Source: Macrostomum hystrix (Eukaryota > Animalia > Platyhelminthes). From it: DNA of 64,000 nucleotides. Numbering within the stretch: the first letter of the stretch is position 1; the number at the start of each line of letters is the position of its first letter. The DNA is taken from contig CATNEN010000038.1 of assembly GCA_950097015.1 (NCBI GenBank), positions 11,284,001 through 11,348,000 on the forward strand, in the 5' to 3' direction. The translations under genes and the position numbers were made by a program. The notes beneath the pieces are model-generated. The model saw only the letters and a program-made list of their open reading frames with translations. It was not told the origin of the DNA and did no database searches. Of the stretch, positions 23,701 to 35,840 are shown one piece after another.

Positions 23701-26700
23701 GGCGGCTGCCAGTCTCGCCGAGGGCCCTTGCAACCAAAAGTCCGCGCTGCGACACGCCTAGCAACAATGGGCCGGCGCCGCTTCCAGCCGCCGCCGCTGC
23801 TGCTGACGTTGACGAAGCATCAGCAGGGGCCAGGGCGAACAGGTGGAAGCTGTAGTGAGGCAGCGACATGGCGACAGAGCAGAACTGCCGACCGCTGATC
23901 GCACGCGAACCGCGAGCCGTCAGCTGCGAGGAAATGCGGCGCCACTCGGCGACAAGCTTCGCTGAAAGGTCGCTTACTTCGCCGCTGCCAGAAGCCACCG
24001 ACTGCTGCTGTTCCAACATGCACTTTGGTAGGTACTGCTCGATTCTACAATTAGATCCCAATTTTCACTAACTAACACATGAATGTAATCAGGTGTCATA
24101 AAACATAATATCTGATCCCTTAGCAATAACCGATCCAGTGTCCTACGTGCGTAAATCCCAATCTCTGATCCCTTAGCAATAACCGATCCTGTGTCCTACG
24201 TGCGTAAATCCCAATCCCTGATCCCTTAGCGATAACCGATCCTGTGTCCTACGCGCGTAAATCCCAATCTCTGATCCCTTAGCAATAACCGATCCTGTGT
24301 CCTACGTGCGTAAATCCCAATCCCTGATCCCTTAGCAATAACCGATCCTGTGTCCTACGTGCGTAAATCCCAATCTCTGATCCCTTAGCAATAACCGATC
24401 CTGTGTCCTATGCGCGTAAATCCCAATCTCTGATCCCTCGATTCTCGATCCTCGATTCATCCAGTATTCTAAATCTTGGGGAGTGGGTGGCAAAATGGTC
24501 AAACGCGTCGGCCTCTCGCACCTCTCAAACGGTTTTTTTGTTCCCTAGATGATTACGACTCTTAAGATTTCGAACCTCTGAACCACAAATTCAACACTAG
24601 CTACCTAAAAGCAGCCGCAGCCGCAGGGTCGGAATCGTCAGCGGCTGGAGGCGCCGAGCCCAGCTCGTGGTGCAGCGCCAATCCGGCCAGCTGCATGACG
24701 GCCCCCTCGCCAGCTGGCAGCGTCGAGTCTAGCACAGCTCTCCGTAGCAGAAGATAGAGCAGGCGGCGGGAGCCAGACCTGCTTCGGAGGGGGGGCGGGT
24801 CACATTGTCACTCTGTCACATTGTCACTCTGACACATTGTCACTCTGACACATTGTCACTCTGACACATTGTCACTCTGTCGTCCTACTCACGGCACTGA
24901 GTCCACACTCTCCGGATAGAATTTTAGGCGCAGCGTCAGCTGTAGCAAGATGCCACCTCGGCCTGCGCCGCCTCCGCCGCCGTCGGCTCCGCCGCTGCCG
25001 CCGGATCGGCCCAAGGAGGCGGATCGAGACGACTTTCCAAGCCAGTCTTTCGGCGCCTGCTTGGCCATGCGAATGTCGTCCAGAAGGAACCTGGCTTCTC
25101 CGTCTGGGAAGGCACAAAAATAAATTGCAAATGATTAATATCCAATTTTGGTAATTTTAATAATGAAACGAATGACATTTTTCTATACATATCGGCCAGA
25201 AAGCAACCTTACCAACAACCATTGCCAGCCCTAGCAGGTGATCGATTCCAGAATTGACGTAGGCGCACACAGAGCGGACCAGCTCGCCTCCGAGTGTGTT
25301 GGCTGAGCAGGTCAGGGCTAGTCTCTCCCCGGTGGGCAGGTGAACTCGGACCTCCTTGTCCAGCTTGCCCTGATCTCGCTGCGGATGGAGCAATAAAATT
25401 AATAAGTAGTGTGAATAGCGCGTTTCGTTATTTTTTGTCTTCAATCAAAAAGCCAAAAAATATAAACTTACGGACAACCGCAGCGGGGATTTTGACGAGC
25501 CGGCTGTCGCAGTGGCGGATGACGTCAGCAATGTCACAGGTGTGGGTGCGTTTCCCTGATGCGCTGTGAATTTAGCGCTACTGAATTCGTCATCAAAGCC
25601 CGCAATCGCATCTGCTTCCGTCTGTAATTCGCTGGTGTGGGCCAAATCCAAATGACCGTCACCAACGTCGTACATTATCTCGATGTTGTTCGTCTCGGTG
25701 CCGACAGCCACAGATGATGAAAGCTGCTGCGGCTGCGGCATCGCTTGTTGAGTCTGCGGCAATGTTGGCAGCCGACGCCTCATGCTCGGCGACGCTTTCG
25801 GCGACTGCGACATCGGCAGTGGTGGCAGCAACGATGGAAGCTGAAGTGGCGACGATTGTAGTAGCTCGCTATTTGGAATCGGCACAGGCAAATCAACGGT
25901 CTCAGTGATGGCATCCAGTGTTGCCGGCCTCGATGGCTGCTCTTGGACCGAAGGCTCAGTCGCCTCGTCGACTGTGGCAGTTCTGAGGTGGTTTTCATTG
26001 ATTTTGTTTCGGAAAAATAAATGTTAACGAAAAACGCTATTTCAGCTACTGCCACTTCTAAGTAGAATAAATTGATAAATTACTTGGTCGTGACAACATG
26101 AGCTTCTACCGATGGGTGTTGGTCTGGAATAGTGGACAGGCTAGGCACTGGGACGCGATCCAGACGAACTTCTTCAGTCGTGTCGAGAGCGATCGCGCAC
26201 TGAACTCCGCTTTCAGCGAGCTTAGATTCAATTTGCTGAGTCTGGGACTGTTTTTCGACTTTGACAAGTTGTCGATTAGTTTGAGCCCCTTGAGAGCCAT
26301 GTTTTGCTGTCGTATTCACGCCATAATCGATCGAAATTCGATAGCTGAACGTTAAATGCAAAGAAAAAAATCTAGCCAATTAAAGCCATACTTTTAGAGC
26401 TTGGAATTTAAATTAATTGCCCTAATCGCTTACCAGTAGCCGCCAATACCATTTAGGGCTCCGTCTGCCAGAGCGCAAGCGTAATCATACATAGTCATTA
26501 GCTGCCGATCCGAATTATTTATTCGACTAGACTTGTCGGGTAAGTAAAGCTTGTGATCGATTGCGGACACTAAGAAGTCAGAATAGCTTGGTATGGGACT
26601 GAAAAAATACAAAAAAGTGAAGTTTAAGTACGGACCAAAAGGAAAAGTAATAAACCTACAGATGTCAAACATATACTTTTCTATACATATCGGCATCACT

Positions 26701-29427
26701 TAAATACGAAGAAGACGCTGGAAAGTGCATTTGTTTGCTTCAATCCCAGGATGAAAAACGAAGTCAGCATTTACGGGACCTACTTTATGAGTAAAAATTT
26801 GCCATTTACGGCAAGGTCCCACCGAGATTCGAACTCGGGTCGCTGGATTCAAAGTCCAGAGTGCTAACCACTACACCATGGGACCTTGAACGTGCGTAAG
26901 AGTATAAAACCTATTTAAACATTAAGGCCGAAAGTTAAGAGAAACATTTTCTGCTACGTATTAAAAAGACAAGCCAATCTAGGAAAAATTATTTTATTTT
27001 ATTTTTAGATAATAAAAACTTACTTTTAGTAGGGACATAGGAGCAAATGCAAAAACAAAATCCATGTAACTTTTACCCCTGGTATATCTTCGTGGAAGAC
27101 CCAGTCTGGAAGTCAGCTAACTGCTGGTGAGAGTCCAACACTACTGAAGCGTAGAGCGCTGACAGGGTTGGAGCGCAGATGCGCTGTAGATGAGGCTTGA
27201 AGTCCAGGCAGGACTGAAATATGATTTTATCATGTGTAAATGCCATGCACTTTTAAATTCTGACAAACGTGAAAGAAAAGTTTCTTTTCATGAGACTTAC
27301 GTTAACAAAAAAATTTGCGTCCAACACTTGCCTGCTTTCAACTTCTGCGCACAATGATGCAATTAGAGTGTCCAGATCGTCGCTGGTCGATTCCAACTGC
27401 GAATTCGGAAAAGGGCGTTCAGGTTTTTGTAAGTCAACCTGGAATTGTCTAGGGTAAAAACTCCACTGACAATAGCCGTTTGTTTAAAAATTCAAAAGCA
27501 AGACTACAGGATTCAAAAAGATACACTGAGAGGATCTACAAGCTACACTGAAGGATCTACAAGCTACACTGAAGGATCTACAAGCTACACTGAAGGATCT
27601 ACAAGCTACACTGAAGGATCTACAAGCTACACTGAAGGATCTACAAGCTAAACTAAAGGATCTACAAGCTACACTAAAGGATCTACAAGCTACACTGAAG
27701 GATCTACAAGCTACACTGAAGGATCTACAAGCTACACTGAAGGATCTACAAGCTAAACTAAAGGATCTACAAGCTACACTAAAGGATCTACAAGCTACAC
27801 TGAAGGATCTACAAGCTACACTGAAGTATCTACAAGCTACACTAAAGGATCTACAAGCTACAATGAAGGATCTACAAGCTACACTGAAGGATCTACAAGC
27901 TACACTGAAGGGTCTACAAGCTACACTAAAGGATCTACAAGCTACACTGAAGGATCTACAAGCTACACTGAAGGATCTACAAGCTACACTGAAGGATCTA
28001 CAAGCTACACTGAAGGATCTACAAGCTACACTGAAGGATCTACAAGCTACACTGAAGGATCTACAAGCTACACTGAAGGATCTACAAGCTACACTGAAGG
28101 ATCTACAAGCTACACTGAAGGATCTACAAGCTACACTGAAGGATCTACAAGCTACACTGAAGGATCTACAAGCTACACTGAAGGATCTACAAGCTACACT
28201 GAAGGATCTACAAGCTACACTGAAGGATCTACAAGCTACACTGAAGGATCTACAAGTTACACTGAAGGATCTACAAGCTACACTGAAGGATTTACAAGCT
28301 ACACTGAAGTATCTACCAGCTACTCTGAAGGATTTACAGGCTACACTGAAGGATTTAAAAGGCGACTCTAATTCTCTGTGAAGAAGAACGAAAGTGACTC
28401 TAGAAGGGGACTATCTGACCAGTGCCACAGCCTTCGCCGCCGACATTGTGACGCCAAGCGAGAACAGCAGCACCATCTCTAGGCTGCGTGGCGATGGAGC
28501 TTCACCGCCTGGCGACGCAGACAACAGCTGAGAAAGCTGCGCCAGCGAAGGCACCTCTGGGGGCAAGTAGTCTTCGAGCTCCTCGGCATCGGCTGCAAAT
28601 GTAGCTGCAGCCGTCGACTGTTGAGACAGTCCCGGCGGAGGTTGCTCAGAAAATTCAACGGTTCCGGAGTCGGTCAGGAGCCAAGTGTCCGGAGTGATCA
28701 GCAGACAGCCGGGGCCGCCCTGCTTAGCTGGATTGTGTTTTTAGTTTATGGAAGTGGCATGCAAGTGTTAGTTGAATTCGACATTTTAGGATTGGTTGTT
28801 GAAGGACGAAGGACTCGTCAGTTTAGTGTTGGGGGTGTTGAAGGTCTCGCCAGTTTGGGGTGGCCGGTGGTAGGTGTTAAAGGTCTCGCCAGTTTGGGGT
28901 GGTGGGTGTTGAAGGTCTCGCCAGTTTGGGGTGGCCGGTGGTAGGTGTTAAAGGTCTCGCCAGTTTGGGGTGGTGGGTCTTTAAGGTCTCGCCAGTTTGG
29001 GGTGGTGGGTGTTAAAGGTCTCGCCAGTTTGGGGTGGTAGGTGTTAAAGGTCTCGACAGTTTGGGGTGGTGGGTGTTAAAGGTATCGCCAGTTTGGGGTG
29101 GTAGGTGTTAAAGGTCTCGCCAGTTTGCGGTCGTTTGTGTTAAAGGTCTGGCCAGTTTGGGATGGTGGGTCTTTAAGGTCTCGCCAGTTTGGGGTGGTGG
29201 GGTGTTAAAGGTCTCGCCAGTTTGGGGTGCTGGGTGTTGACGGACTCGACAGTTTAGGTGACAACTTAAAAGAGAGAAATTCACAGGCCCTCACTCTTGA
29301 GACTCCGCTGCAGAGCGCAGCATGCGCCGTACAACAGACACCAGAGCTCATCCTCTGTGAGGTCGCTGGCCTTGTATTTAAGCAAGTCGTTCAAACTGAG
29401 TGTCAGAGCGGAGTAGGAGGCGGCCAT
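14785..29427 (-). CDS. PTPN13: PTPN13/FAP-1-like multidomain scaffold: KIND, FERM, four PDZ, degenerate PTP domain (multi-exon)
   Basis: Start exon MAASYSALTLSLNDLLKYKASDLTEDELWCLLYGACCALQ (KIND); FERM exons ~25380-23330 (EVRVHLPTGERLAL, LLLGVSQRGLLV, WQDAEKVSFKRAKL); PDZ exons 22105-18660 (GGTNTSLEGGAIYVKSIAKGGAADLD, GGCYIRSIVRDPALSDGVLRPGDRLLAVN); PTP-like exons 17133-16866, 16401-15938, 14919-14785 ending RPLISVPELMQSIVSQTGAIVRIQQYRLLYAASCRLFSQLSGIA*. Confidence 0.85.
15597..15870. repeat. Intronic minisatellite, 21-22-bp unit (gaagtgggtcagggatcagcta)
   Basis: About 12 tandem units in the last intron of the PTPN13-like gene. Confidence 0.85.
16495..16835. repeat. Intronic minisatellite, 22-bp unit (gggtaagtgacaggctggataa)
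   Basis: About 15 identical units. Confidence 0.95.
17245..17405 (+). promoter_or_regulatory. Cluster of three CCAAT boxes in a GC-rich patch upstream of the SL-like sequence
   Basis: tgattggct (17248), ctgattggctgggcgcggg (17325), gccaatcag (17394). Confidence 0.4.
17473..17509 (+). other. Genome-encoded copy of the flatworm (Macrostomum-type) spliced-leader exon, not followed by the SL-RNA donor
   Basis: GACGGTCTCTTACTGCAAAGACTGAATTTATTGCATG vs recalled M. lignano SL ...GACGGTCTCTTACTGCGAAGACTCAATTTATTGCATG (35/37); ends in ATG as flatworm SLs do; next bases are ACAG, not GT. Confidence 0.8.
18270..18555. repeat. Degenerate intronic ~20-bp repeat (gggatgggaatttttagta)
   Basis: Recurring gggatggga..tttt..agta motif. 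Confidence 0.7.
18893..19122. repeat. Intronic minisatellite, 24-bp unit (aggaatcgaagctagagattcagc)
   Basis: About 9 units in the intron that splits the last PDZ domain. Confidence 0.9.
19481..19721 (-). mobile_element. SINE family 1 copy with internal deletion
   Basis: Reverse complement ggtagcagagcgattaacgcgtttgcctcccgcaccaaggtccctcagctcgattccgcggcgaggccacattcatttgggg...ggagtcagcggaattgcctcctcgctggctgc. Confidence 0.85.
20189..20560. repeat. Intronic GT-rich minisatellite, ~20-24-bp unit (ggcttggggtggctgtgtgtgt)
   Basis: Fills most of intron 20161-20591. Confidence 0.9.
24112..24437. repeat. Intronic minisatellite, 53-bp unit
   Basis: ctgatcccttagcaataaccgatcctgtgtcctacgtgcgtaaatcccaatct x6. 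Confidence 0.95.
24481..24522 (+). mobile_element. SINE family 1 head fragment
   Basis: gggtggcaaaatggtcaaacgcgtcggcctctcgcacc. Confidence 0.45.
24800..24880. repeat. 16-bp tandem repeat filling a small intron (cacattgtcactctga)
   Basis: 5 units. Confidence 0.9.
26814..26885 (-). tRNA. tRNA-Gln (anticodon TTG), intronic
   Basis: GGTCCCATGGTGTAGTGGTTAGCACTCTGGACTTTGAATCCAGCGACCCGAGTTCGAATCTCGGTGGGACCT, 72 nt, intact cloverleaf and A/B boxes; T5 terminator ~16 nt downstream. Confidence 0.97.
27523..28355. repeat. Intronic minisatellite, 21-bp unit (ctacactgaaggatctacaag)
   Basis: About 39 units. Confidence 0.95.
28835..29255. repeat. Intronic minisatellite, ~32-bp unit (aaggtctcgccagtttggggtggtgggtgtta)
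   Basis: About 12 units. Confidence 0.9.
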
Positions 29428-29939
29428 GCGAATTGATCAGCGGTAGCTGAAATTCGGTCAAATATATAAATGTATAAAAAAGCGAAAATATTTTCCTGAG
29501 TACTAACCTCTTCTATGAGTTGATTTCTAGAGAACCATCGAAATTTAGGCCATAATTATTCGATTGCAGACTATTGCCACATTGATTACTATTAGTAGAA
29601 AAAATGCATTTTTGAAAAAATAAAACAAAAATTTTTTTTTCTTGCCATAGCAAAAAGTAAGCTCAAAACGGTGAGTCGAAATCACTTATTTATTTGTTAA
29701 GTTTATTTCTCGTAAATTTTAAGACGATAAAAGAAGTAAAGCATTTACCTATAAAGGGCTGTAAGAGTAAAAACCTAGCATGAACCGATAATAAATAGAA
29801 CGGCATAAAGGAGAAAATGTAATAATTTGGCACGTTTTTTGTGAAAAGAAAAAACAAAGACTCGCGTACTAACAAACGACAACAAGAAGCTCACATTATC
29901 TTCTATATCTTCCTAATATTTATTATTCTACTGCAGGAT

Positions 29940-31073
29940 TCACAGTTCCGGCTTAACTTTGACAATCTTCATGTCCAGCTTTTGCGCCCCGGACGCCACA
30001 ATGGGATCAATTGGCGGTTGGAATTTCAGCCCCAGCTGCTCCCCAGTGCAGACGCCGGCCAGCTCGGTGCACAGCGACGCCTCCAGCTCCCGTGGCCGCT
30101 GCAGTAGGAGTCGAGCCACGACCTCCTCGCGATCGTCCAGCAATTCCTCGCAGCGCATTCGCAGCCAATTGGCGAGGCCCGGGTCAGCGTCCACTCGCGC
30201 TGTGTCTACCGGCTTGCCATCCTCTCTGGTCACTGGGACGATGCCCCATCTGGCAGTTTACGGCGACGGGTTGAGATGTGTACAGAATAAGTTTAAATGT
30301 CTACCCCTTAAATGTTTACTGCTTGCTCATTGCTCGGACGTAGATTAAAGCTAAAATCTCTCTCCCTCCGGAATGTACATTTACTCTCTATCCCTCTAGA
30401 ATGTACATTAAATCTCTATCCTCTAGAATGTACATTAAATCTCTATCCCACTGGAATGTACATTAATTTTCTATCCCTCTGGAATGTACATGAATTCTCT
30501 ATCCCTCTGGAATGTACATTAAATCTCCATCCTCTAGAATATACAGTAAATCTCTATCCCACTGGATTATACGTGAATTTTCTAACCTGCTTGAATGTTC
30601 ATGAATTATCTATCCCTCTGGAATCTACATTAATCCCTATCCCCCTGATTGAGTTTTAACGCACTCGAGACAAAGCTCCAGATTTTTTTCTGAGGGCTCG
30701 TCAACTGCAGTTAAGCCTTGCAAAGCGGAATTATTTATTAACAAAACACAAACCTGTCCGGCATGTCCTGGTGCTGCATTCGAGCATGGATAGGCAAGTG
30801 GCGACAAACCCGCTCGACAGCGTTACTCAGCTGTTCCAGTTTCGCCTTGTCACGCTCGACAGTTGCCGATGATCCAGACACCAACGCCTTCGCTGCGTCA
30901 GTTGTCAGAATGGCGCGATAGACGACACGACAGGCTGAGCAGGCCAGATCGGCTGATTTGCGCGACCCGGAAGCGTCTTTTGAAGACGACGAAGCGTTTG
31001 CGGGATCAGTTGACAGCAGCAGCAGCAGCAGCAGCAGTGGGACCAGCAGGTGATTACTTGCGGCCGGAGACAT
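29940..31073 (-). CDS. Secretory-pathway saposin-B-like protein, Canopy (CNPY)/MZB1-like; exons 31073-30754, 30249-29940
   Basis: Signal peptide (LLVPLLLLLLLLS), CSAC..VC..CEELL..LCTELAGVC six-Cys saposin pattern, C-terminal KPEL. Confidence 0.7.
30290..30645. repeat. Intronic minisatellite, 28-bp unit (aatgtacattaaatctctatccctctag)
   Basis: About 11 diverged units. Confidence 0.85.
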
Positions 31074-32537
31074 GATTCTTAGAAATTTGAAAGCTGGTGC
31101 AATATTTCATATCTACTCCATGTATATTAAAACAATCAATTGTAAATTCAGGTTCTTTGCTATTTGGTTAGACCTGCGAAATGTTAATTAAACCTTGGAA
31201 ACGCATTATTAAAGCTCAATCATGATGTCATTACATGTAGACTATGATTCATATGGTGCAGTCTAATGCTAAGCGTAATTAGAGAGTTACGCTCGCACAA
31301 AATGTTGAAGTCGGTTGATTGTGTTAGCTAAAATCAAATCAGACGATGTAATTAGAAGACTAACTCATTTAGCCAGCCATTCAATGCACGCTAGTAAAAT
31401 TCATTTGTTACAAAATGTATGATTAGAATTGTTATAGTATAGAAAACTGGTTATAGATACTTACAAAGCAACTTGATTAACCAATGCGACTAAACAGTGA
31501 GGTGACAGCGGATAATATGCTCCCTTTGCAAAATGTGAACCGATCGCTTTCGTGTGTTGGAATCTATATTTAGTTGCTGGGGTTGGGGTGCTTATAGCGA
31601 ACCGGGAGTGACAGAGAAAGGACAAGGGAACTATAGATTTTTCTAAATATCCAATAAATGATTGCCGAGAAGCAGATGTGGCCCAATTCAAACATTCACT
31701 GGACTTTGAAAAAAAGCTTTATAAGAAATCAACTGGCAATGCACCCCTAAATCTATAAACTATTAACAAATCAACATACTCTTATAGCTCTACTATCAGT
31801 AGAAAAGAAGTTTTTTATCTAAAAAATCAAAACAAAAAATGCTGCAGACGAATTTCTTTTTTTTTTTCTTTTTTGAGCTGAGCTAATGCCAGAAATCATT
31901 TAGTGGATCAAATTTTTGTTAGATTTTATGTCAAGAATGTTACTCGATTACATTTTTGAAACGGACAAGTAATAGAAGGCACAAAACTGCATTAAAAGCA
32001 CAAATTATAATTAGATTTTTTTCAATAATTAATAAAGTTACTATTTACAGAAAGCTTGCAAATATCTGACAAACAATTAAAACTCATTCCTGAATAAAAG
32101 TGCATAACAATGACCACGCAAGTTTTAGTACGAAATCTGTAAACAGACAGATTGTATTAAATATTAATAATTAATAACACTAGCAAACATGTTTTAACTG
32201 TTTTACTGAGACTTATTAATTAAGAAATAGTTCCGAGCATTATATTATTAAATTAACTACACTCAAAACAGCACAATAAGTGTGTTTAATAAAAGTACGA
32301 GTAAGTAAAAGTAAACGAACTGTTAACTTTAATTAATATTCTAGCTACTGCAATGCAAAGATCAATTTAGGAAGGAATGAACAATTGTTGTCAGACTCAA
32401 TTAATCTAGCAGGAAGCCAGGTCTACATTTTCGGCATTTAATTATGCGAGTAAAATCTGACTCAAGACTGTTCAGAACTCAGGCTTGGTAGCGAGGGTCA
32501 ATATACAAGTACTAAAGAAAAATCGCTTGCAAACAAA

Positions 32538-32775
32538 GCTGATTGGCTGGCGTCCATCCCCAGCCGTCCCTCTAACTCACAACCCGCGGTGATTGGCTAG
32601 ACGAATGTTTACTTTGTCCACTTAAATTTTCCTTATAAAATAACCTTCAGTTATACAAGAGGACAGCTTATTGGCTGGCACCCACCCCTCCTTCGCTCGT
32701 TGATTGGCTGGTACCCATCCCTCTCTCACTCGCTGATTGGCTAGGGTCACTGTTAATCCACTGCCTTATAAAATA
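32538..32775 (+). promoter_or_regulatory. Duplicated CCAAT-box plus TATA-like cassette
   Basis: Five ATTGGCT motifs and two CCTTATAAAATA, arranged as an imperfect ~120-bp duplication. Confidence 0.4.
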
Positions 32776-32834
32776 CACTCTTTTCTTTCTAAAACGAAAA
32801 CTAAATAATTAAATTAGTTGCACTAAGCTACTAT

Positions 32835-33167
32835 TTACGAGTCCTTCTTAACACGCGACCGTTTAATGTTAACCTCTCGGCGCTGTTTCCGTTTGTTATC
32901 CTTCTCCTTGTGCTCGATATCTTTGGCCAATTTGTAGGCGCAAAATGCGCTCAGAATAAACAGAGGCGACAATGCCAACAGTACGTAGTAAACAAACGAC
33001 ATGGGATTCTTCGCGGCGTACAACAGCATCAGGCCGATGTACTTCTTAGCCCAGCCGCTCCAAGTGGTGTCGTCTATGGCATTAAACAACTTGCCCAGCT
33101 CTTCGACCGCCTTAGCGGGATCCATTCCCGAACTGCTGCTAGCTGAATCCGGCTGACCTTCCGACAT
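32835..33167 (-). CDS. SMIM15: Small integral membrane protein 15 (UPF0542)
   Basis: WAKKYIGLMLLYAAKNPMSFVYYVLLALSPLFILSAFCAYKLAKDIEHKEKDNKRKQRREVNI matches the SMIM15 pattern WA..WAAKDP..F...L.PLF..SA..KLAK.IE; acceptor 8 nt upstream of the ATG. Confidence 0.9.
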   Translation of the reverse strand: MSEGQPDSASSSSGMDPAKAVEELGKLFNAIDDTTWSGWAKKYIGLMLLYAAKNPMSFVYYVLLALSPLFILSAFCAYKLAKDIEHKEKDNKRKQRREVNIKRSRVKKDS

Positions 33168-33256
33168 GTCCCAGGCTGCAAATGGGTGTCACATGACCCT
33201 TGTACATAGCAATCGACCCTATAGTTCTTTTGCAAGGGAGCTTTGGTCACCTAGAA

Positions 33257-33541
33257 GGGAGGTCAAGTGACTAGTGTCTTGCAGGGGAGGTCAAGTGACT
33301 ACTGACTAGCAGGGGAGGTCAAGTGACTACTGTCTGCAGGGGAGGTCAAGTGACTACTGTCTGCAGGGGAGGTCAAGTGACTAGTGTCTTGCAGGGGAGG
33401 TCAAGTGACTACTGACTAGCAGGGGAGGTCAAGTGACTACTGACTAGCAGGGGAGGTCAAGTGACTACTGACTAGCAGGGGAGGTCAAGTGACTACTGTC
33501 TGTAGGGGAGGTCAAGTGACTATTGTCTGCAGGGGAGGTCA
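33257..33541. repeat. Minisatellite, 27-28-bp unit (ggggaggtcaagtgactactgtctgca)
   Basis: About 10 units just 5' (minus sense) of the SMIM15 acceptor. Confidence 0.9.
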
Positions 33542-33959
33542 GGAGACCCCAAAAAGGACTCTAAATCAACAGCTCGTAGAGCAGCTAAAGTCTGTCATGC
33601 AGGAGATTATCAAAAGCCAAAAATGTACTTTACAAATTATAAACAGGCAAAGCAGATAGAATTTTTTAGCGCAACAAGAGAATAATATTACACATGCATA
33701 TAGGAAAGATAAAATACATAAAAAACTGAGTGAGCGGCAAAGGCAAAAACCCAAGACATAATTAGATGAGATTATTAAGAATGCGATAAGATGAGCCAAG
33801 AGGCCAATCCCTGATAAACGAAATTCTAGAGTACGCAGCGATTATTAATTCGCATACCCGACTGAGCTAGTACTCGAAGGGTCCACATGGGGTGGCTAAT
33901 TATAAATAAAACATTATAAAAATTATAGAAATATAAAATTATATAGAAAAAATATAGCT

Positions 33960-34802
33960 GGTGGGTTGGTTGAAAAACTCTGAGGTGGTGAATTGGCGGG
34001 GCGTGTACTTTTTAGGAGGTGGGTTGGCTGGTGCAAGTGTACATTTTTAGGTAGTGGGTTGGCCAAGAAGAATGTACACTCTTGGGTGGCGGGTTGGCCA
34101 AGAAGAATGTACACTCTTGGGTGGCGGGTTGGCCAAGATAAAAGTACATTCTGAGGTCGTGGGTTGGCCTAGATTAATCTACATTCTATGGTGGCGGGTT
34201 GGCTAAGATGAAAGTACATTATGAGGTGGTGGGTTGGCCAAGATAAAAGTACATTCTGAGGTGGTGGGTTGGCCAAGATAAAAGTACATTATGAGGTGGT
34301 GGGTTGGCCAAGATAAAAGTACATTCTGAGGTGGTGAGTTGGCCTAGATTAATCTACATTCTATGGTGGCGGGTTGGCCAAGATGAAAGTACATTATGAG
34401 GTGGCGGGTTGGCCAAGATAAAAGTACATTATGAGGTGGTGGGTTGGCCAAGATAAAAGTACATTCTGAGGTGGTGGGTTGGCCTAGATTAATCTACATT
34501 CTATGGTGGCGTGTTGGCCAAGATGAAAGTACATTATGAGGTGGCGGGTTGGCCAAGATATAAGTACATTCTGAGGTGGTGGGTTGGCCTAGATTAATCT
34601 ACATTCTATGGTGGCGGGTTGGCCAAGATGAAAGTACATTATGAGGTGGTGGGTTGGCCAAGATGAAAGTACATTCTGAGGTGGTGGGTTGGCCTAGATT
34701 AATCTACATTCTATGGTGGCGGGTTGGCCAAGATGAAAGTACATTATGAGGTGGTGGGTTGGCCAAGATGAAAGTACATTCTGAGGTGGTGGGTTGGCCT
34801 AG
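33960..34802. repeat. Minisatellite, 35-bp unit (ggtgggttggccaagataaaagtacattctgaggt)
   Basis: About 23 units with recurring variant types. Confidence 0.93.
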
Positions 34803-35526
34803 GTGGGAAACACCGGTTACTTACTTTGAATTCCATCAAGGCGAGAAAGCGAAGATTTGAGGAAAGAAACGTGCCTAAGTATAAGGTACCTGCATTATTA
34901 CAGTAAATAAATAGACAAATAAACATAATTATGTAATGTACAATACAGGACTAGCATTCAATTGCAAGGTGCACATGGTATTTTCCTGAATCGGTGAATA
35001 TAAACATTTTTCTAAGCGCTATGGTAAAAAGCTGAACATAATACAAAAACTTCTATGATTACCTTTAAAACTTCCACACAAGTAAATAAATTCGCAAAGA
35101 TAACCACTACAGAGGAAATACATTTTACATAAATATAGGTAGAGCAGACTATTAAGAAAATATTATTATATACAAACTTTTAGCCATGAAAGCGAATATT
35201 ACAATTATTATTGCTGTTATTTTCTCTACAGAAAAAGTTTGCAAAATAGCAATTGACCTTGCAGTGTGATATTGTTTGTAAACAACTAAAAAACTGAAGG
35301 CAAACATATGGAGGAGACAGGGGAGCGGGGGAGGCAGTGACTGCAAAAGACTGCAATTTAAGAGGGCATATATGAAGGAATAGGCTATGTGGAAGAGAAT
35401 AATGATGCAAGAGGGGATGGACGGATGGGGAAGAGTAGATGGAAAGAATTGAGATGAGGGAAATCGTAGAACGGGGAAGAGAGCGTTTAGAAAATAGGAA
35501 AAAGGGCATGGGGAATAGGGGAGAGG

Positions 35527-35840
35527 GAATTGGGAGAATGGGAAAGAGGGAATTGGGAGAATGGGAAAGAGGGAATTGGGAGAATGGGAAAGAGGGAATT
35601 GGGATGATGGGAAAGAGGGAATCGGGAGAATGGGGAAGAGGGAATCGGGAGAATGGGGAAGAGGGAATTGGGAGAATGGGGAAGAGGGATTTGGGAGAAT
35701 GGGGAAGAGGGAATTGGGATGATGGGAAAGAGGGAAACGGGAGAATGGGGAAGAGGGAATTGGGAGAATGGGGAAGAGGGAATTGGGAGAATGGGTAAGA
35801 GGGAATTGGGAGAATGGGGAAGAGGGAATTGGGAGAATTG
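35527..35840. repeat. Purine-rich minisatellite, 23-bp unit (gggaattgggagaatggggaaga)
   Basis: About 13 units. Confidence 0.92.

Noticed and set aside
24112-24437. CRISPR-like array
   Set aside because: Head-to-tail units without unique spacers; eukaryotic context; no cas genes
27863-28381. 172-aa heptad coiled-coil ORF (LKDLQAT)n
   Set aside because: Translation of a 21-bp intronic minisatellite, antisense to the host gene, with almost no synonymous variation
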